The notes under the pieces: generated by a model | What the model saw: the letters and a program-made list of their open reading frames with translations, nothing else | Told to the model about the DNA's origin: nothing | Databases searched by the model: none | Program-made: the position numbers and the translations under genes | Shown here: positions 17,207 to 28,009 of the stretch, piece by piece | Numbering within the stretch: the first letter of the stretch is position 1 | Layout of the letters: each line of letters starts with the position of its first letter | IMG/VR virus record: IMGVR_UViG_3300014827_000001 | Span: 1-59,958 of that record | Reading direction: 5' to 3' (one strand) | Length of the DNA stretch: 59,958 nucleotides | From: a virus | Lineage: Duplodnaviria; Caudoviricetes

Positions 17207-20200
17207 TGCTCGCCCCTTAGTGGTGAGATGTTGAACTGCTTGATGGTGCGTCCTGCGTGTCGCGCCTTTTCGTCCGCGAGGGTTGCCCCTGCAGGGTAGG
17301 ACGCCACGTAGTCCGCCACGGTGGTGTGCGGGACAGCGTTGCCCGAGACCTTGTTGTGGGTCTGGGAGGCGTCCTTGATCCTGTAGACCCGCTTGCCGTC
17401 CGTGAACCGTGTCCCCGAGGGGAACTGGCCGAACCGTGAGGGCGTGTAGAAGTCGTTGGGAATCTCGAACTGGGCATCTGCCACCGAGGCGCTGTACTGG
17501 ACCGCCATGGCAGCTGCAACGTCGTAGGTCTCCTGAACACCGGCAATGAAGGGGGACTCGAAGACGTGGTCGAATCCTTCCTTGGCGTCCTTGGCTCCCG
17601 TGCCGACATGGACTTCCTTGGGGTCGTTCAGGATGCCCGAGCCGCACACGTACAGTGCCGGACGGTCAGCCGCGCCCTCGGAAATCCGGTACGGTGCCCG
17701 CACGCTGTCAATGGTTGGCGCAGTGATCTTGACGTCAATCTCGCCCTCTTTGTCGGTGAGGGAGACCTCGATCTTGCCTCCGTTGTCGATCCACCACTGC
17801 GGGGCGATGATGTACCCATCAGCCCCGGTCACCACGTACTGACCAGCACCAGCCTTGTAGGGGAACGGCTCGATGCCTGGAACGGGGGCAGGGTTGTTCA
17901 CGGACAGGATGGAGTGCTTGGTCTGGACCGTGAACTCCTGCACCTCGCGGGGGTTCACCTGATACACACTGTCCGCACGCCAGAGCACGGCGTCGTCGGT
18001 ACTTACCGCCTTGGACTGCTTGTTGACCACGGCCACCTGCTTGTACTTGTCCCGGCGTTCGGAGTCGCGGCTGAGCTTGGCAAAGTTGCCAGTCGGAGCG
18101 GACAGGGCCGTGACGCGGGGAGCAAGCTTCAGCTGGGAGTTTAGGAGCGATATGTCCTGCCGGGTGATCGCGCAGTATTCGTTCAGCATGGCCCAGACGT
18201 TGGCTGTGAAGCCTGAGACAAAGCCGAACACCTTGGTCGTGGGGGAGAACACCTTCTGGGTGGCGGGCAGGTCCATCGGGTGACCTGCGTTGACGCTCAG
18301 GTAGGTGCCCCAGCGGAGCATTTCGCTCCCTGAGCCCCCCGCAGAGACGTGGGTGACACTGGTGAGGTAGGCCACTGCCGGGAGCGCGTAGGAGGCAACC
18401 GTGGCTGCGGAGGCGTAGCTCAGTGTGCCGGTCCCTGCAAGGTCATCGGTGTGGACGGTCAGCTTGCCCACCACAGCCGTGGAGGACACCCGCTCGATGG
18501 AGAAGGACACCCGGTATTCAGCGTTGGCAGCCACCGTCGTGGAGGCTATCGGCACACCACCCAGACTCGCGGTGATCACTCCCGCTGACGTAGCCGAAAT
18601 CGTGAGGACCGTGGGAACCTTCTTGGAGTCGATCAGGTTCCAGTTGACCGTGGCCGTCCGGCCCGTACCCCGCACGCCGAGACCAATGGAGGCCACCAGC
18701 TTGCGGTTCTTGGGGACACTGACCGGGACGGACACAGCGGCGGGCAGTTTGGCATCGTGCAGGGCCGTGGTTCCGGTGACGGCGGTGCCCATGCTGCGGA
18801 CTGAGCGGTTATTTAGCACAACCGTGCCAGTGGTTCCGCCTACCAGCGTCTCGTAGAACCTAGCGGTTGTATCGAAACCGTAGGAGTCTGTGTGACCGAA
18901 GCCCGAGGCGTAGGCAACAGCGTCACCGGGAACCTTGTCGTAGAACAGTCCGCACTGCTGGGTCCAGTAATCAATCGCGCGTGCGGCTGTCCAGGTGGAG
19001 GCTGTCGCGTCGATGAACGGGAACAGGTGCCGGTCAACGTTCAGCAGCGTCAGGGCCGTGTCCTGCGAGATGGCGGCAACGTCCGAGCCCTCGGGCAGGG
19101 ACAGCCGGACAACCTCACCCTCATAGGTGCCCACAGTGCCATGGGTGAGCACGTTGGTTTCGCCCAGCACAAACTCAGGGTTCTGGCCCTTGATGTACCC
19201 CGCCGAGACGGACGGCGCAGCACCGGAACCCTCAGCTGCGTTCAGCGGTACGGCTGATGTGCTCACGTTGAAGGACACCAGCTTGCCCAGCGGCGCGGTT
19301 CCCAGTTCGGCAGGCGGGGCCGCGTAGCCCAGCTCGGAGTACAGGACACCTTCCCCGCCAAGGTAGGAGGTGAAGTGCGGGTGGTAGGCAAGGGTGGAGA
19401 AGAGCCAGCCCTGTCCATAGCTCTTTGAGCGGATCGTGATAGCCAGATGCGATGTGAGCGTGCCTGACCCGGACAGGGCCGAGTAAATGCCGAGCACGGA
19501 CGTGAGAGCGCCCGAGGATGACAGCCCGGAGGTAATGCGGTGCAGGTTGGCCGTCAAGGTGCCTGAACTTGAAAAACTAGAGTTTATTCGGTGGACAAGC
19601 GAGGTGAGCGTGCCGGAGCCCGAAAGGTTGGAGCTGATGTTCCGCTGCAGTGCCGATGTGAGCGTGCCGGAACCGCTGAGCGTACCGGCAATGGGGGAGC
19701 GGGTTTCGGTGGAAGTGGAGGCGTCCGCCGTACCTGTCCAAGCGTAGGTGAACCCGCTCTGGACCTTGGCACCGTCGAAGTAGGCTCCGAGGGAGGCGGA
19801 TTCTTCCGCGAGGATGGCATCCCAGTAGACATCTCCGCCTCCACTGGAAGCACCGTTGTAGAGACGGAAGAATATTTGACTGGTGTTCGCAGGGACTGTG
19901 AAAGTGGCGGAGAGGCGGTAGGTGCCAGCTGCGTTGGGGGCCTGATTAGTCGGAAACTCGGTGTAGACGTTGCTGGTGTCCATATGGAACACCACGAGTT
20001 TCAGTGCACGTGCGTGCAAAGTGGTTGTCAGAGGTGCCGTGAGTGTGACGTAGCCCGAAACAGTGTAGGTGTGCCCACTGGTCAGGCCGGGGTAGAGGTT
20101 TGTGCCGCCATCTTCGGTGGAGGCAAAGCTGTCATTGCTGGCACCACTGGCCGTGATCTGGAGGCTTTTGGCTCCAGCAATGACGCCTGTTGTGGTGGAC

Positions 20201-20280
20201 GTTCCCTGAGAAACATTCAAGCCTCCGGGGAGAGTTGCCTCCAGCGAGGGAGTCTTGAAGAGGTTAGTGCGCACTGCCAC
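17203..20280 (-). CDS. Large minor tail protein
   Basis: 1025 aa; N-terminal CBM-like domain (YFDG..W.GTA..STS) and SGSGTLT repeats. Confidence 0.85.
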   Translation of the reverse strand: MAVRTNLFKTPSLEATLPGGLNVSQGTSTTTGVIAGAKSLQITASGASNDSFASTEDGGTNLYPGLTSGHTYTVSGYVTLTAPLTTTLHARALKLVVFHMDTSNVYTEFPTNQAPNAAGTYRLSATFTVPANTSQIFFRLYNGASSGGGDVYWDAILAEESASLGAYFDGAKVQSGFTYAWTGTADASTSTETRSPIAGTLSGSGTLTSALQRNISSNLSGSGTLTSLVHRINSSFSSSGTLTANLHRITSGLSSSGALTSVLGIYSALSGSGTLTSHLAITIRSKSYGQGWLFSTLAYHPHFTSYLGGEGVLYSELGYAAPPAELGTAPLGKLVSFNVSTSAVPLNAAEGSGAAPSVSAGYIKGQNPEFVLGETNVLTHGTVGTYEGEVVRLSLPEGSDVAAISQDTALTLLNVDRHLFPFIDATASTWTAARAIDYWTQQCGLFYDKVPGDAVAYASGFGHTDSYGFDTTARFYETLVGGTTGTVVLNNRSVRSMGTAVTGTTALHDAKLPAAVSVPVSVPKNRKLVASIGLGVRGTGRTATVNWNLIDSKKVPTVLTISATSAGVITASLGGVPIASTTVAANAEYRVSFSIERVSSTAVVGKLTVHTDDLAGTGTLSYASAATVASYALPAVAYLTSVTHVSAGGSGSEMLRWGTYLSVNAGHPMDLPATQKVFSPTTKVFGFVSGFTANVWAMLNEYCAITRQDISLLNSQLKLAPRVTALSAPTGNFAKLSRDSERRDKYKQVAVVNKQSKAVSTDDAVLWRADSVYQVNPREVQEFTVQTKHSILSVNNPAPVPGIEPFPYKAGAGQYVVTGADGYIIAPQWWIDNGGKIEVSLTDKEGEIDVKITAPTIDSVRAPYRISEGAADRPALYVCGSGILNDPKEVHVGTGAKDAKEGFDHVFESPFIAGVQETYDVAAAMAVQYSASVADAQFEIPNDFYTPSRFGQFPSGTRFTDGKRVYRIKDASQTHNKVSGNAVPHTTVADYVASYPAGATLADEKARHAGRTIKQFNISPLRGEQ

Positions 20281-20350
20281 CGGAGTTGCCTTCCTTGAAT
20301 ATGACTGTGACGGGGCATGATTACCCCGCCACGACTAGCTCAGGAAGGGC

Positions 20351-21034
20351 TTAGGACTGAGAAAATGTGAACGTGACCGTGACGGTATCCTGCGTGGCAA
20401 AGGTCACCGAAGCCACGGTGTTGCCGTCACCATAGATACCATTCGTGGCAGCTGAGAATACCCCTGTACCCACGACGGTGCAGGCAGGAACATCGAACGT
20501 GGCTGAAGCGGTGATGACACCGTTGGACGGAGCAGCCCAAGTCAGCGCCTTGCGAGCGTAAGCGGGAGAGCCGCCAGTGACTTCGGTACCCTGTGCGTTG
20601 GAACCACCGGAAGTGTTGGATGCTGGCATTGTTGCTGCCGTACCCGCTGCCCCGGTATCGGTGTACGTCAAGGTTGATCCGGACGTGATTGTGGCCACGA
20701 GTACGTTCTCAGCACCTACCGCTGTGCCACGGTAAAGCTTGTAGCCTTGAGCGCCGCCGATAAGGGACCAGTTGATGATCTGTGTCCCGTTCACAGCAAT
20801 GGCAGCGGACACTTCATTGGAACCAAGCGTCTCACCCTGAGCGTTGGTGGCCGTCGCTTTCCAGTAGTAGGTGGCAGCTGCAAAAGTACCGCCCGTTGTG
20901 GCCGTCGTCCCAAGGGTGATTGTAGGTGCCACCAAGGCAGTTCCCGGAGCAGTGGTGAACAGAGCACCGTAGAGGTTGTCCGCTGCGTACTTACTCGCCA
21001 GGGAGTTCTTCTCGGCGGTGGTCTGAATAGCCAT
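20351..21034 (-). CDS. Minor tail protein with inserted FN3-like domain
   Basis: ALFT..PGT[insert]EVTGGSPAYARK..W..ATFDVP. Confidence 0.8.
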   Translation of the reverse strand: MAIQTTAEKNSLASKYAADNLYGALFTTAPGTALVAPTITLGTTATTGGTFAAATYYWKATATNAQGETLGSNEVSAAIAVNGTQIINWSLIGGAQGYKLYRGTAVGAENVLVATITSGSTLTYTDTGAAGTAATMPASNTSGGSNAQGTEVTGGSPAYARKALTWAAPSNGVITASATFDVPACTVVGTGVFSAATNGIYGDGNTVASVTFATQDTVTVTFTFSQS

Positions 21035-21050
21035 TTATTTTCTCCTGAAC

Positions 21051-21878
21051 TTATTCAACCTCTACGAGGTCAATGGATAGCCCAATTCTATCAAACCTCT
21101 TTGTTACGATACTTCCGCCTAGAACACTAGTAAATGACACGGCCCCAACACCCAGACCCGGCTTGCGGATATTCTCGCCGGACACAGTGGACAAATTGAT
21201 ATGGTCCAAAGTAAGGGTGGAATTTGCAGGAACATTCAGCTGCAATTTGATTGCGGAATAGGTGTTGGCAATTCCGTCAGCGGCGGAAATGATTGTCATC
21301 TCAGCTGGGGCGCTTCCGGGGGTATAAGACACAGGGGTAGTCCACACACCTGTGGCAGCAGTCAGCAGGGATACGGTCACGGCCCCTGTTCCCGTAGCTG
21401 TGCCCCAGAGGTGGAGGTAGGCAGGCTGGCCGGGAACCGTCGCCACGATCTGGGAGATGCCAGCAGCCGGGAACTGGGTAATGTTCGTAAACGTGACCAC
21501 TAACCCCGCTAATGCTCCTGATCCTGCGCTTACAGTAGGCGAGCACCACGAGCCAGCCACGTAGGCCAGCATGTAGGAGGACGCCCAGCGGGTAGGCAGG
21601 AGGTTGCCAGCAGTGTAGTTGAAGTCGTTCAGGTAGTATGGCCCCTTGCCATAGACACCGTTGTAGATGTCCACAAGGTTCTGCAGATCGGCGGTGCCAC
21701 CCTTGTACTGGAGCTTGTAGTTCCTGAACGGTGTGGGGGCGTTGTAGACGTGACGGCCACCGGAGAGCAGAGTGGTGGTTTCCGCGTCCCTGCCGGTGTC
21801 CCACGCCATGTCCGCTTCCGGGTACGGGATCGGCAGCATCTTTCCGATAGGGCCAAAAAGCATGGTCTTGACGGTCAT
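21051..21878 (-). CDS. Minor tail (distal tail-like) protein
   Basis: Immediately downstream of tape measure. Confidence 0.75.
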   Translation of the reverse strand: MTVKTMLFGPIGKMLPIPYPEADMAWDTGRDAETTTLLSGGRHVYNAPTPFRNYKLQYKGGTADLQNLVDIYNGVYGKGPYYLNDFNYTAGNLLPTRWASSYMLAYVAGSWCSPTVSAGSGALAGLVVTFTNITQFPAAGISQIVATVPGQPAYLHLWGTATGTGAVTVSLLTAATGVWTTPVSYTPGSAPAEMTIISAADGIANTYSAIKLQLNVPANSTLTLDHINLSTVSGENIRKPGLGVGAVSFTSVLGGSIVTKRFDRIGLSIDLVEVE

Positions 21879-24800
21879 GAGCGGTGTCCTTCAGCAGCAA
21901 GTTGCCGGTTTCCGGCATTGGCGGATTCTGCAATGGTGCGGTTCTCGGTGAACAGCTTGATGTCCTGCCGCATCTCGGCCATGGCCGCGAGGGTGGCAGC
22001 ACCGAGTTCCACCACAGCCTGAGAGGCTGAGCCGCCTCCACTGCGGGCACCACTGACTGAGCCACCCATGTTGAACTTGGGCAGGCTCATGGTCCGCACG
22101 GCTTCCATGAAGTCCGGGCCGTAGTAGTCCACGGCTTCCTGCGGCTGGATGAACTCGCGCGAGCGGATTTTGATGAGCCCCTTGCCATCCACCTGAGCCA
22201 TCATATTGTCAGCGCGGGGGTTCGAGGGAGCTGTGCCGGGAACCATGCCGCCACTGGCAAAGCCACGCACCATGCCACCCGTGTACATGCCGCCCGGAGG
22301 GGGCGCGAACGTGCCGGGGCGGAAAGCTGTCATCGACGGGTCATCGGGGGAGCCACCACCGGCAATCTGCGTCTTGATGCTGCGCAACTGGGTTTCGAGG
22401 TACGCCGTGTTCAGCGATACCGGAATGACCGCACCCTTCTTAGCCTCATCAATAGCCGAGTTGAGGGCATTGAAGGCGTCTTGGGCAGCCGTGGTGTCCG
22501 CTGTGACCGTCGTGGGAACAACCTGTGGCACCTTGTCAATGACACCGATGTAGCGTTCGAGCGAGCCCTGCAGGTTGCCCACGGCGGCGACGTTGAACCC
22601 GATCTGGCCAACATCCTTCTGGTACTGGCCGGTCAGGTTTTTGGTGTAGGCGCGGACCTCATCGGTGCTGTGGCCGAGCGTGGCGTAGGCGGCAACCATG
22701 TCGATCATCTTGGTTTCCAGCCCGCGCAAAGCAGCACGGTTGGCAATGGCCGCGTCGGAGTAGCCGGTCAGTGCGCCGATGCCGTCCTGAATGGTCTGGG
22801 CTTCCTTGGAGGAGGCGTTGATTTCCTTCTGCTTGGCGGCAGCGTTGTCCAGCGCGGTCTGAGCCTGGTTCCCGTAGTCAGCAGCTCGGGCACCCTCGCC
22901 GTACTTCAGCGAGATACCCTGCTCGATCTTGGCCTTGTTGGCGGTGATGAGTTCCTTGTCGCGCTCATCGTTCAGCTGCTTGATCTTGGTCCGCAGGTCA
23001 TCCACCTGCTTGATTTCATCCTCACGCTTCTTGGTGATCGCGTTCAAGGCAGAGTGGTACTCATCGGTGGCCGTGGTCAGCGCGTACTGCTGGTTGTAGG
23101 CGGACATGAGGGCGGTCTTGAGCCGGTTGCCGTAGTCAGTAGCAGCCTGAACGGCTTCGGAGATGCCGCTGGCGAAATCCTTGGCCGCTTCCTTAGCGGC
23201 AGTGCCAACACCCTTGGTTTTCGATGCAGCTAAGGCCGCTGCGTCCTGAATCTTTTTGAGTCCAGCGGAAATGTTGTCAAGAGGGGTGCTGTCGCTGGCT
23301 GCTGCCACTGCCGCCTGAACCGGGGCAACAGCTGTTGGGACACTGGCTCTGGGACCGCTGGGGAGTAGTGGGGCAGTTGTTCCCACAACACCCTTGAACA
23401 TGGGCCGGATGTACTTGGCCAGCGTAGGAGCGCTGGATGCCACCTGATTGAATGCGGCCTGTGTGCTGGCCAGTACCGAGGCTGCGTAGGCTTGGAAGTT
23501 CCGCACGTTGGTTACGGCAGCATCCGTGTTGGCGTTCACCGGGGCCACGTAGGTGTGGTCCTCGATGGACTTCAGCAGCGACTTGATCTGGTCAGCCTTT
23601 TCCGAGGCAGGGTTGGTCAGCGCATCAATGACCACCATCTGGGACTCGCCAGTGATCTTGGACAGGTCCGTGACCAGCTGGTTGATCCCCTGCTCTGCGT
23701 GTGCCTGATCCATGCCGACAGTCAGTTCGGTCTTCAGGTTGCCGAATGTTGCCTGCACCTGTGCAGCGGTCTGGGTTGCAGCAGCCTGAACCTGAGCCGG
23801 GTTCGTCGTGACCGGCACACTGACCGGCTTGCTGCCCATGGCAGATGCGTAGAGCTCCTTGGCCTGATTCACGGAGGCGTCAATGGCTGCGGTGTTGGCC
23901 CCGAACTTGGTCCGCAGATCAGACATCAGCTTGTCTGAGAAATCGGCGTAGCCCTGAGCAGCCTGCTGGGCCGTCATCTGCTGAGAATCAAAGAGCTGCT
24001 TGTACTTGTCCCGAGCCTTGGCCAGCGTGTCTTCGACGTTGGCAATGTTGGTGCGGCCAGCATCATTGTTGACGTTGAAGGATTTGGACGCGCCAAGGCC
24101 CTCACCGATCTTGACCAGCGCGCCCTGCAAGGCGCTCTCGGCGTTGATGGTGCCGAACGCCTCATCGTTCAGGTCTTTGAGAGCCTTGGTCATTTTCTGA
24201 AGTGAGGTGGCATCCTCCTCTGCCGGAGTCTTTATTTCCCCGAGGGCAGCGCCAGCTTTGGGGGCTGCGGCGTCCACTGCCTTCAGTCCCTTGGCAGCTT
24301 CGACGTTGCTCTGGGCATACTCCTTGACGACGTTATTCAGGAACTGGAGGTCGGCCGACTTCTTACCGGGGATCGGGTTGGAGATGGCGTCATTGAGGTC
24401 TTTGAACCCATTGCCCTTGGCTACCGTATCCATCTCGGCCTTAAAGGCTTTCATGCCCTCCTCGCCCTTGGAGATGGAGCCAACCACCTTGTCAAAGGCC
24501 ACCCCGGCACGGGCAGCAATCTGAGTGACGGTCTTATCTATATCGGAGAATCCCAGTGCGCCATCAAAAGCTGTGACCTTGCGGCTGTTCAGTTGTTCAG
24601 CTACGGCGCGTGTTCCGGTGTCCGCGCCCTGCTGCATGGCCGTGGCGATGGCCTTACCAGCGGCTTCAGCTTCGACACTGGCGTTCATGAAGTGGCCGAT
24701 CAGAAGGGCCAAGGCTCCCACTGCGATGCCGATGGGACCGCCTGCCATGCCAACCAGTGCTGAGCCGAAGCCCCGGATACCACTGGTGGTCCGTGCGTTG

Positions 24801-26680
24801 GTTGCCTCCAGGTTGTTTGATACTGTGGCCGTGGCCGCAAGCCGCTCGGAGGTAGTGGTGGTGGCAATCATCAGGGCGCGGGCAGCGCCCACCTGAGCCA
24901 GAAGCGCTTTGGACTGGGCATCGGTGGCACCCTTGGCCAGCAGCATGGTCTGAGCCAGTGTCTTCACGGTGCTGCCAAGTGACAGCCCCCCAGCCATGCC
25001 TCGGGAGGCAGCCTGCTGGAAGCCGATCAGGCCAGCCATCACAAAAGCCTGTGCGGCCTTGAAGCCAAGGAACAGGGCTGTGACGACGGAGATGCCCATG
25101 AGCATGTTGATGATCAGGCCGACAGCTGGAGCCTTCTTGACCAAGTTATCCAGCCAGATGGCCACGTTCTTCAGCGTGTCCACAAAGACGGAGACTACCT
25201 GCAAGCCGGGGCCACTGGTGGCGATGGTGTCCGCGAAGTTTTTCCAGGAGTTGGCCATTTCGGTGAGCTTGGCCGAGACGGTCTCGAAGGTCACCTTGGA
25301 CATGGTGGAGAGCGCGGTGCCGTCCGTGAAGCCCTTGTTGGCGGCATCCATCGAGAGCTGCAGCGTGTCGTAGCCGACAGCCAACTTGGTCAGGGCGGAT
25401 ACGTCGCGGGAGGCGATGATCCCCAGCTTGTCGAACGTGGTGGTCAGCTCACCGTTTTTCAGCTGGGCACCGTTCAGCCCCTTGATGAGGTTGGTGAAGA
25501 ACGTGGAGGAGTCGGTTTGCCAGAGCTTGGTGGCGGCATCTCCGGTGATCCCCATGAGCTTGCCGAACTCGACCATTTTGGGGGAGCCCTCAGCTGTGTC
25601 CCGGTTCAGCTGCCCGAACACGCGGGTCAGTGTGCCACGCGCCAGTTCAGGCTGGACACGCACTGAGGCGAGGGCTGCAGCGAGCCCTGTGACGTTGGAG
25701 GCAGACATCCCGGCAGCAGCACCCAGCGGGCCGATCTGGGAGAGCATGGAGGAGATTTCCGGGTCAGTGGCCACGGTCTTGGCACCAACGTAGGCAATGG
25801 AGGAACCCAGCCGCTCGAAGAAATCCGGGTACTTCTGAACGTCGGCGGTGAAGGAGGACTCCATGCGGCCAAAGAGGGTGGCCCCGGTGTCAGCGGAGAT
25901 ACCCGTGACAGCCACGAACTTGGCCGTGGTTTCGGTGAAGGTAACCAGCTGGTCGTTGGCCACGCCCATCTGGGAACCGAGCTGCGCAATGCGCGAGATT
26001 TCATCAAAGCCGATGGGGATGTCAGTGGCGAGGGACTTCAGGCCCTCTTTGAGAGTCTTCAGCCCGGTCTGGTCCAGCCCATCGGTCACACGCTGAACCT
26101 GGGCGAAGTCCTTCTGGTACGAGGCAGCCACAGCGGCAGTAGCCGCAGGGATCGCCATGAGCCCCGCTGCCAGCACACCGTAGGTGGCTCCCACGTCGTA
26201 CATGAGGTAGCGGGAGTTGGAGAGGGAGTCATGCATGGCCAGCTGGGACTGCGTGACCTTCTCAGTGGACGCCGCAATCTTGTTATTGTCGGCAACACGC
26301 TTCTGCGAGACTGAGAAGCCACGTTCGGCAGCGAGGTTTGCGCCCTCGATGGCCTTGGTGGCCTGAGCTTCCTGATTGGCCTTACGGGCGAGGGTTTCCC
26401 CCACCTTGGCATCGGCCACGTTGCGGATACCGGCTGCGCGTGCTGCGGCAATATCGGCCTGAGCGGTTTCCTTGGTGGCGGCAGCGGCTGCACGCTGGGC
26501 GGCTACAAGGGCAGTGAATTGCATGGCAATTTCTTTGATGCTGCCATTACTGGCTTTGATAATTGCGTCAAGGCCAACCAGAGCCGTGCCAGTATCTTTT
26601 ACTTCCTTGCGGAGGCCAACAAGTGCCGCCGACGCTTCCGCTGTCGAAATGTCAACTTTGGCGTCAAATGCACCGGCCAC
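21875..26680 (-). CDS. Tape measure protein
   Basis: 1601 aa, Ala-rich helical; follows tail chaperones. Confidence 0.95.
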   Translation of the reverse strand: MAGAFDAKVDISTAEASAALVGLRKEVKDTGTALVGLDAIIKASNGSIKEIAMQFTALVAAQRAAAAATKETAQADIAAARAAGIRNVADAKVGETLARKANQEAQATKAIEGANLAAERGFSVSQKRVADNNKIAASTEKVTQSQLAMHDSLSNSRYLMYDVGATYGVLAAGLMAIPAATAAVAASYQKDFAQVQRVTDGLDQTGLKTLKEGLKSLATDIPIGFDEISRIAQLGSQMGVANDQLVTFTETTAKFVAVTGISADTGATLFGRMESSFTADVQKYPDFFERLGSSIAYVGAKTVATDPEISSMLSQIGPLGAAAGMSASNVTGLAAALASVRVQPELARGTLTRVFGQLNRDTAEGSPKMVEFGKLMGITGDAATKLWQTDSSTFFTNLIKGLNGAQLKNGELTTTFDKLGIIASRDVSALTKLAVGYDTLQLSMDAANKGFTDGTALSTMSKVTFETVSAKLTEMANSWKNFADTIATSGPGLQVVSVFVDTLKNVAIWLDNLVKKAPAVGLIINMLMGISVVTALFLGFKAAQAFVMAGLIGFQQAASRGMAGGLSLGSTVKTLAQTMLLAKGATDAQSKALLAQVGAARALMIATTTTSERLAATATVSNNLEATNARTTSGIRGFGSALVGMAGGPIGIAVGALALLIGHFMNASVEAEAAGKAIATAMQQGADTGTRAVAEQLNSRKVTAFDGALGFSDIDKTVTQIAARAGVAFDKVVGSISKGEEGMKAFKAEMDTVAKGNGFKDLNDAISNPIPGKKSADLQFLNNVVKEYAQSNVEAAKGLKAVDAAAPKAGAALGEIKTPAEEDATSLQKMTKALKDLNDEAFGTINAESALQGALVKIGEGLGASKSFNVNNDAGRTNIANVEDTLAKARDKYKQLFDSQQMTAQQAAQGYADFSDKLMSDLRTKFGANTAAIDASVNQAKELYASAMGSKPVSVPVTTNPAQVQAAATQTAAQVQATFGNLKTELTVGMDQAHAEQGINQLVTDLSKITGESQMVVIDALTNPASEKADQIKSLLKSIEDHTYVAPVNANTDAAVTNVRNFQAYAASVLASTQAAFNQVASSAPTLAKYIRPMFKGVVGTTAPLLPSGPRASVPTAVAPVQAAVAAASDSTPLDNISAGLKKIQDAAALAASKTKGVGTAAKEAAKDFASGISEAVQAATDYGNRLKTALMSAYNQQYALTTATDEYHSALNAITKKREDEIKQVDDLRTKIKQLNDERDKELITANKAKIEQGISLKYGEGARAADYGNQAQTALDNAAAKQKEINASSKEAQTIQDGIGALTGYSDAAIANRAALRGLETKMIDMVAAYATLGHSTDEVRAYTKNLTGQYQKDVGQIGFNVAAVGNLQGSLERYIGVIDKVPQVVPTTVTADTTAAQDAFNALNSAIDEAKKGAVIPVSLNTAYLETQLRSIKTQIAGGGSPDDPSMTAFRPGTFAPPPGGMYTGGMVRGFASGGMVPGTAPSNPRADNMMAQVDGKGLIKIRSREFIQPQEAVDYYGPDFMEAVRTMSLPKFNMGGSVSGARSGGGSASQAVVELGAATLAAMAEMRQDIKLFTENRTIAESANAGNRQLAAEGHRS

Positions 26681-26712
26681 AATTCACCACCAATTCCCTA
26701 GAGTCTGACCCC

Positions 26713-26799
26713 ATTCTATCAGTCGGTATTTCTCGGGAAACAAATACAGACCTATACACTAATGTTCCTTTGAGGGAACCATTGCGTATAGGTCTGTAT
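26713..26799 (-). promoter_or_regulatory. Late-promoter-like site with GTATTT-N10-AAATAC and 14-bp inverted repeat
   Basis: TGATAGAAT -10; ATACAGACCTATAC (26744-26757) and GTATAGGTCTGTAT (26786-26799). Confidence 0.6.
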
Positions 26800-26804
26800 C
26801 GGTA

Positions 26805-27257
26805 TTACTGGTTCTGACTGGCCTTGCGTTTCAATTCCAACTCGTGCTCCCGCTGGTGTTCTTTGGCCGCTCTCTCGTAGTAAGCCCCTCGGGACGGCAA
26901 CTCATCGAACCCGTCCTCGGGAACCGCGTAGACCACCTGTGAGACACCGGGCTTCTTGTCCTGGTCCTTGGTCTGAGACTCTTTGTGTTCACAGGCGTAG
27001 CAGGTGATGTCTTTGAGCTTGAACCCCACCGAGCTGTCCGTGGAGAATGCGTACCAGATCGGCACACCACAGGCGGGGCATTTCTCCTCCAGCAGTGTTG
27101 CCACGGCGTGGGCGAAGTTGTAGTCAGCAGGGTGGTGCTTGTGGGGATTGTCGGCCCCCCGCACAATCGCCGTGGGGGACCAGCCCCACTCCTTGGCTGT
27201 CAGAACCATCGAGACATACTGACGGTTCTGGGGCCAAGTCAGGGCTTCGGTAAAAAA
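26805..27257 (-). CDS. Tail assembly chaperone, -1 frameshift extension (gpT-like)
   Basis: The -1 frame is open from the slippery site through FTEALTWPQNRQYVSMVLT. Confidence 0.8.
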   Translation of the reverse strand, partial: FFTEALTWPQNRQYVSMVLTAKEWGWSPTAIVRGADNPHKHHPADYNFAHAVATLLEEKCPACGVPIWYAFSTDSSVGFKLKDITCYACEHKESQTKDQDKKPGVSQVVYAVPEDGFDELPSRGAYYERAAKEHQREHELELKRKASQNQ

Positions 27258-28000
27258 TCAACGTCCTGCTCAACCGCAATCTGGAAGAGGCGCTGGGCGA
27301 AGGTCAGGTTCACCACAAGGTCTTTGATCTTGTCGAACTCGGCCTCCAGGTACGTGTTGTTGATGACCGCAACATCCTCGGCCTTCCACACTCCGGTGTC
27401 CTCTGCCCCGTCGTGCTTGCGGACAACCTTGACAATGGCTGAGGCCACCATGTCGTTGTTGATCGACTCGTTGCGGGCCAGGTTCCGCTCATAGGTGGCA
27501 AGGTCATAATCCTCCTCGCCCTCCTCGGTCTGGGGGAAGTTCTTGCGGGCCGGGGGCTTGATCGCCTTTTTCCACTTGGCATCAATGAGCCGCCACTGGG
27601 CCGGAGCCAGCCCACGGACGTGGAAGGTCTTGACCGATTTCTGGAGTTCCCCCAGCAGCTCGACCACCTTGGCTTCGAGCACCTTGGCCGCAGCATCTGC
27701 CGCCTCGTAGCCGGGAGCCTCGGAGCCATCGCCTGCGTAGGGCTCATACTCCAACGTTCTGATGGAAGCCTCAACCTGCTGGCCCTTGATGAAAGCGTTC
27801 CTGATGTTCTCAGCCACGAACCGTGCCTTGGCCGCGTCGTTGGCGGCGAGGTTCACCTTGTGCCCGGTCAGGGCATCGGAGAACACGTCAACGCTGTCCT
27901 CGGGGTACGTGGCATCTGTGACAGCCGCGCGAGCGTCGAAGGTGGCTGGGGCTTTCAGTTCCTCGGCAATTGCTTCTGCCGGGTCAATAACAGTGTCCAT
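27239..28000 (-). CDS. Tail assembly chaperone (gpG-like)
   Basis: Upstream of TMP; ends GAT TTT TTA CCG AAG CCC TGA. Confidence 0.85.
   Translation of the reverse strand: MDTVIDPAEAIAEELKAPATFDARAAVTDATYPEDSVDVFSDALTGHKVNLAANDAAKARFVAENIRNAFIKGQQVEASIRTLEYEPYAGDGSEAPGYEAADAAAKVLEAKVVELLGELQKSVKTFHVRGLAPAQWRLIDAKWKKAIKPPARKNFPQTEEGEEDYDLATYERNLARNESINNDMVASAIVKVVRKHDGAEDTGVWKAEDVAVINNTYLEAEFDKIKDLVVNLTFAQRLFQIAVEQDVDFLPKP
27251..27257 (-). other. Programmed -1 frameshift slippery heptamer T TTT TTA
   Basis: X XXY YYZ pattern joining the two chaperone frames. Confidence 0.85.
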
Positions 28001-28009
28001 GAATGGCTC

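Noticed and set aside
17207-17647. N-terminal 147 aa of the 562-aa ORF call
   Set aside because: Overlaps the upstream tail gene out of frame; the GTG at 17206 with RBS and stop overlap is the better start
15329-20280. Diversity-generating retroelement targeting tail genes
   Set aside because: No reverse transcriptase and no template/variable repeat pair seen
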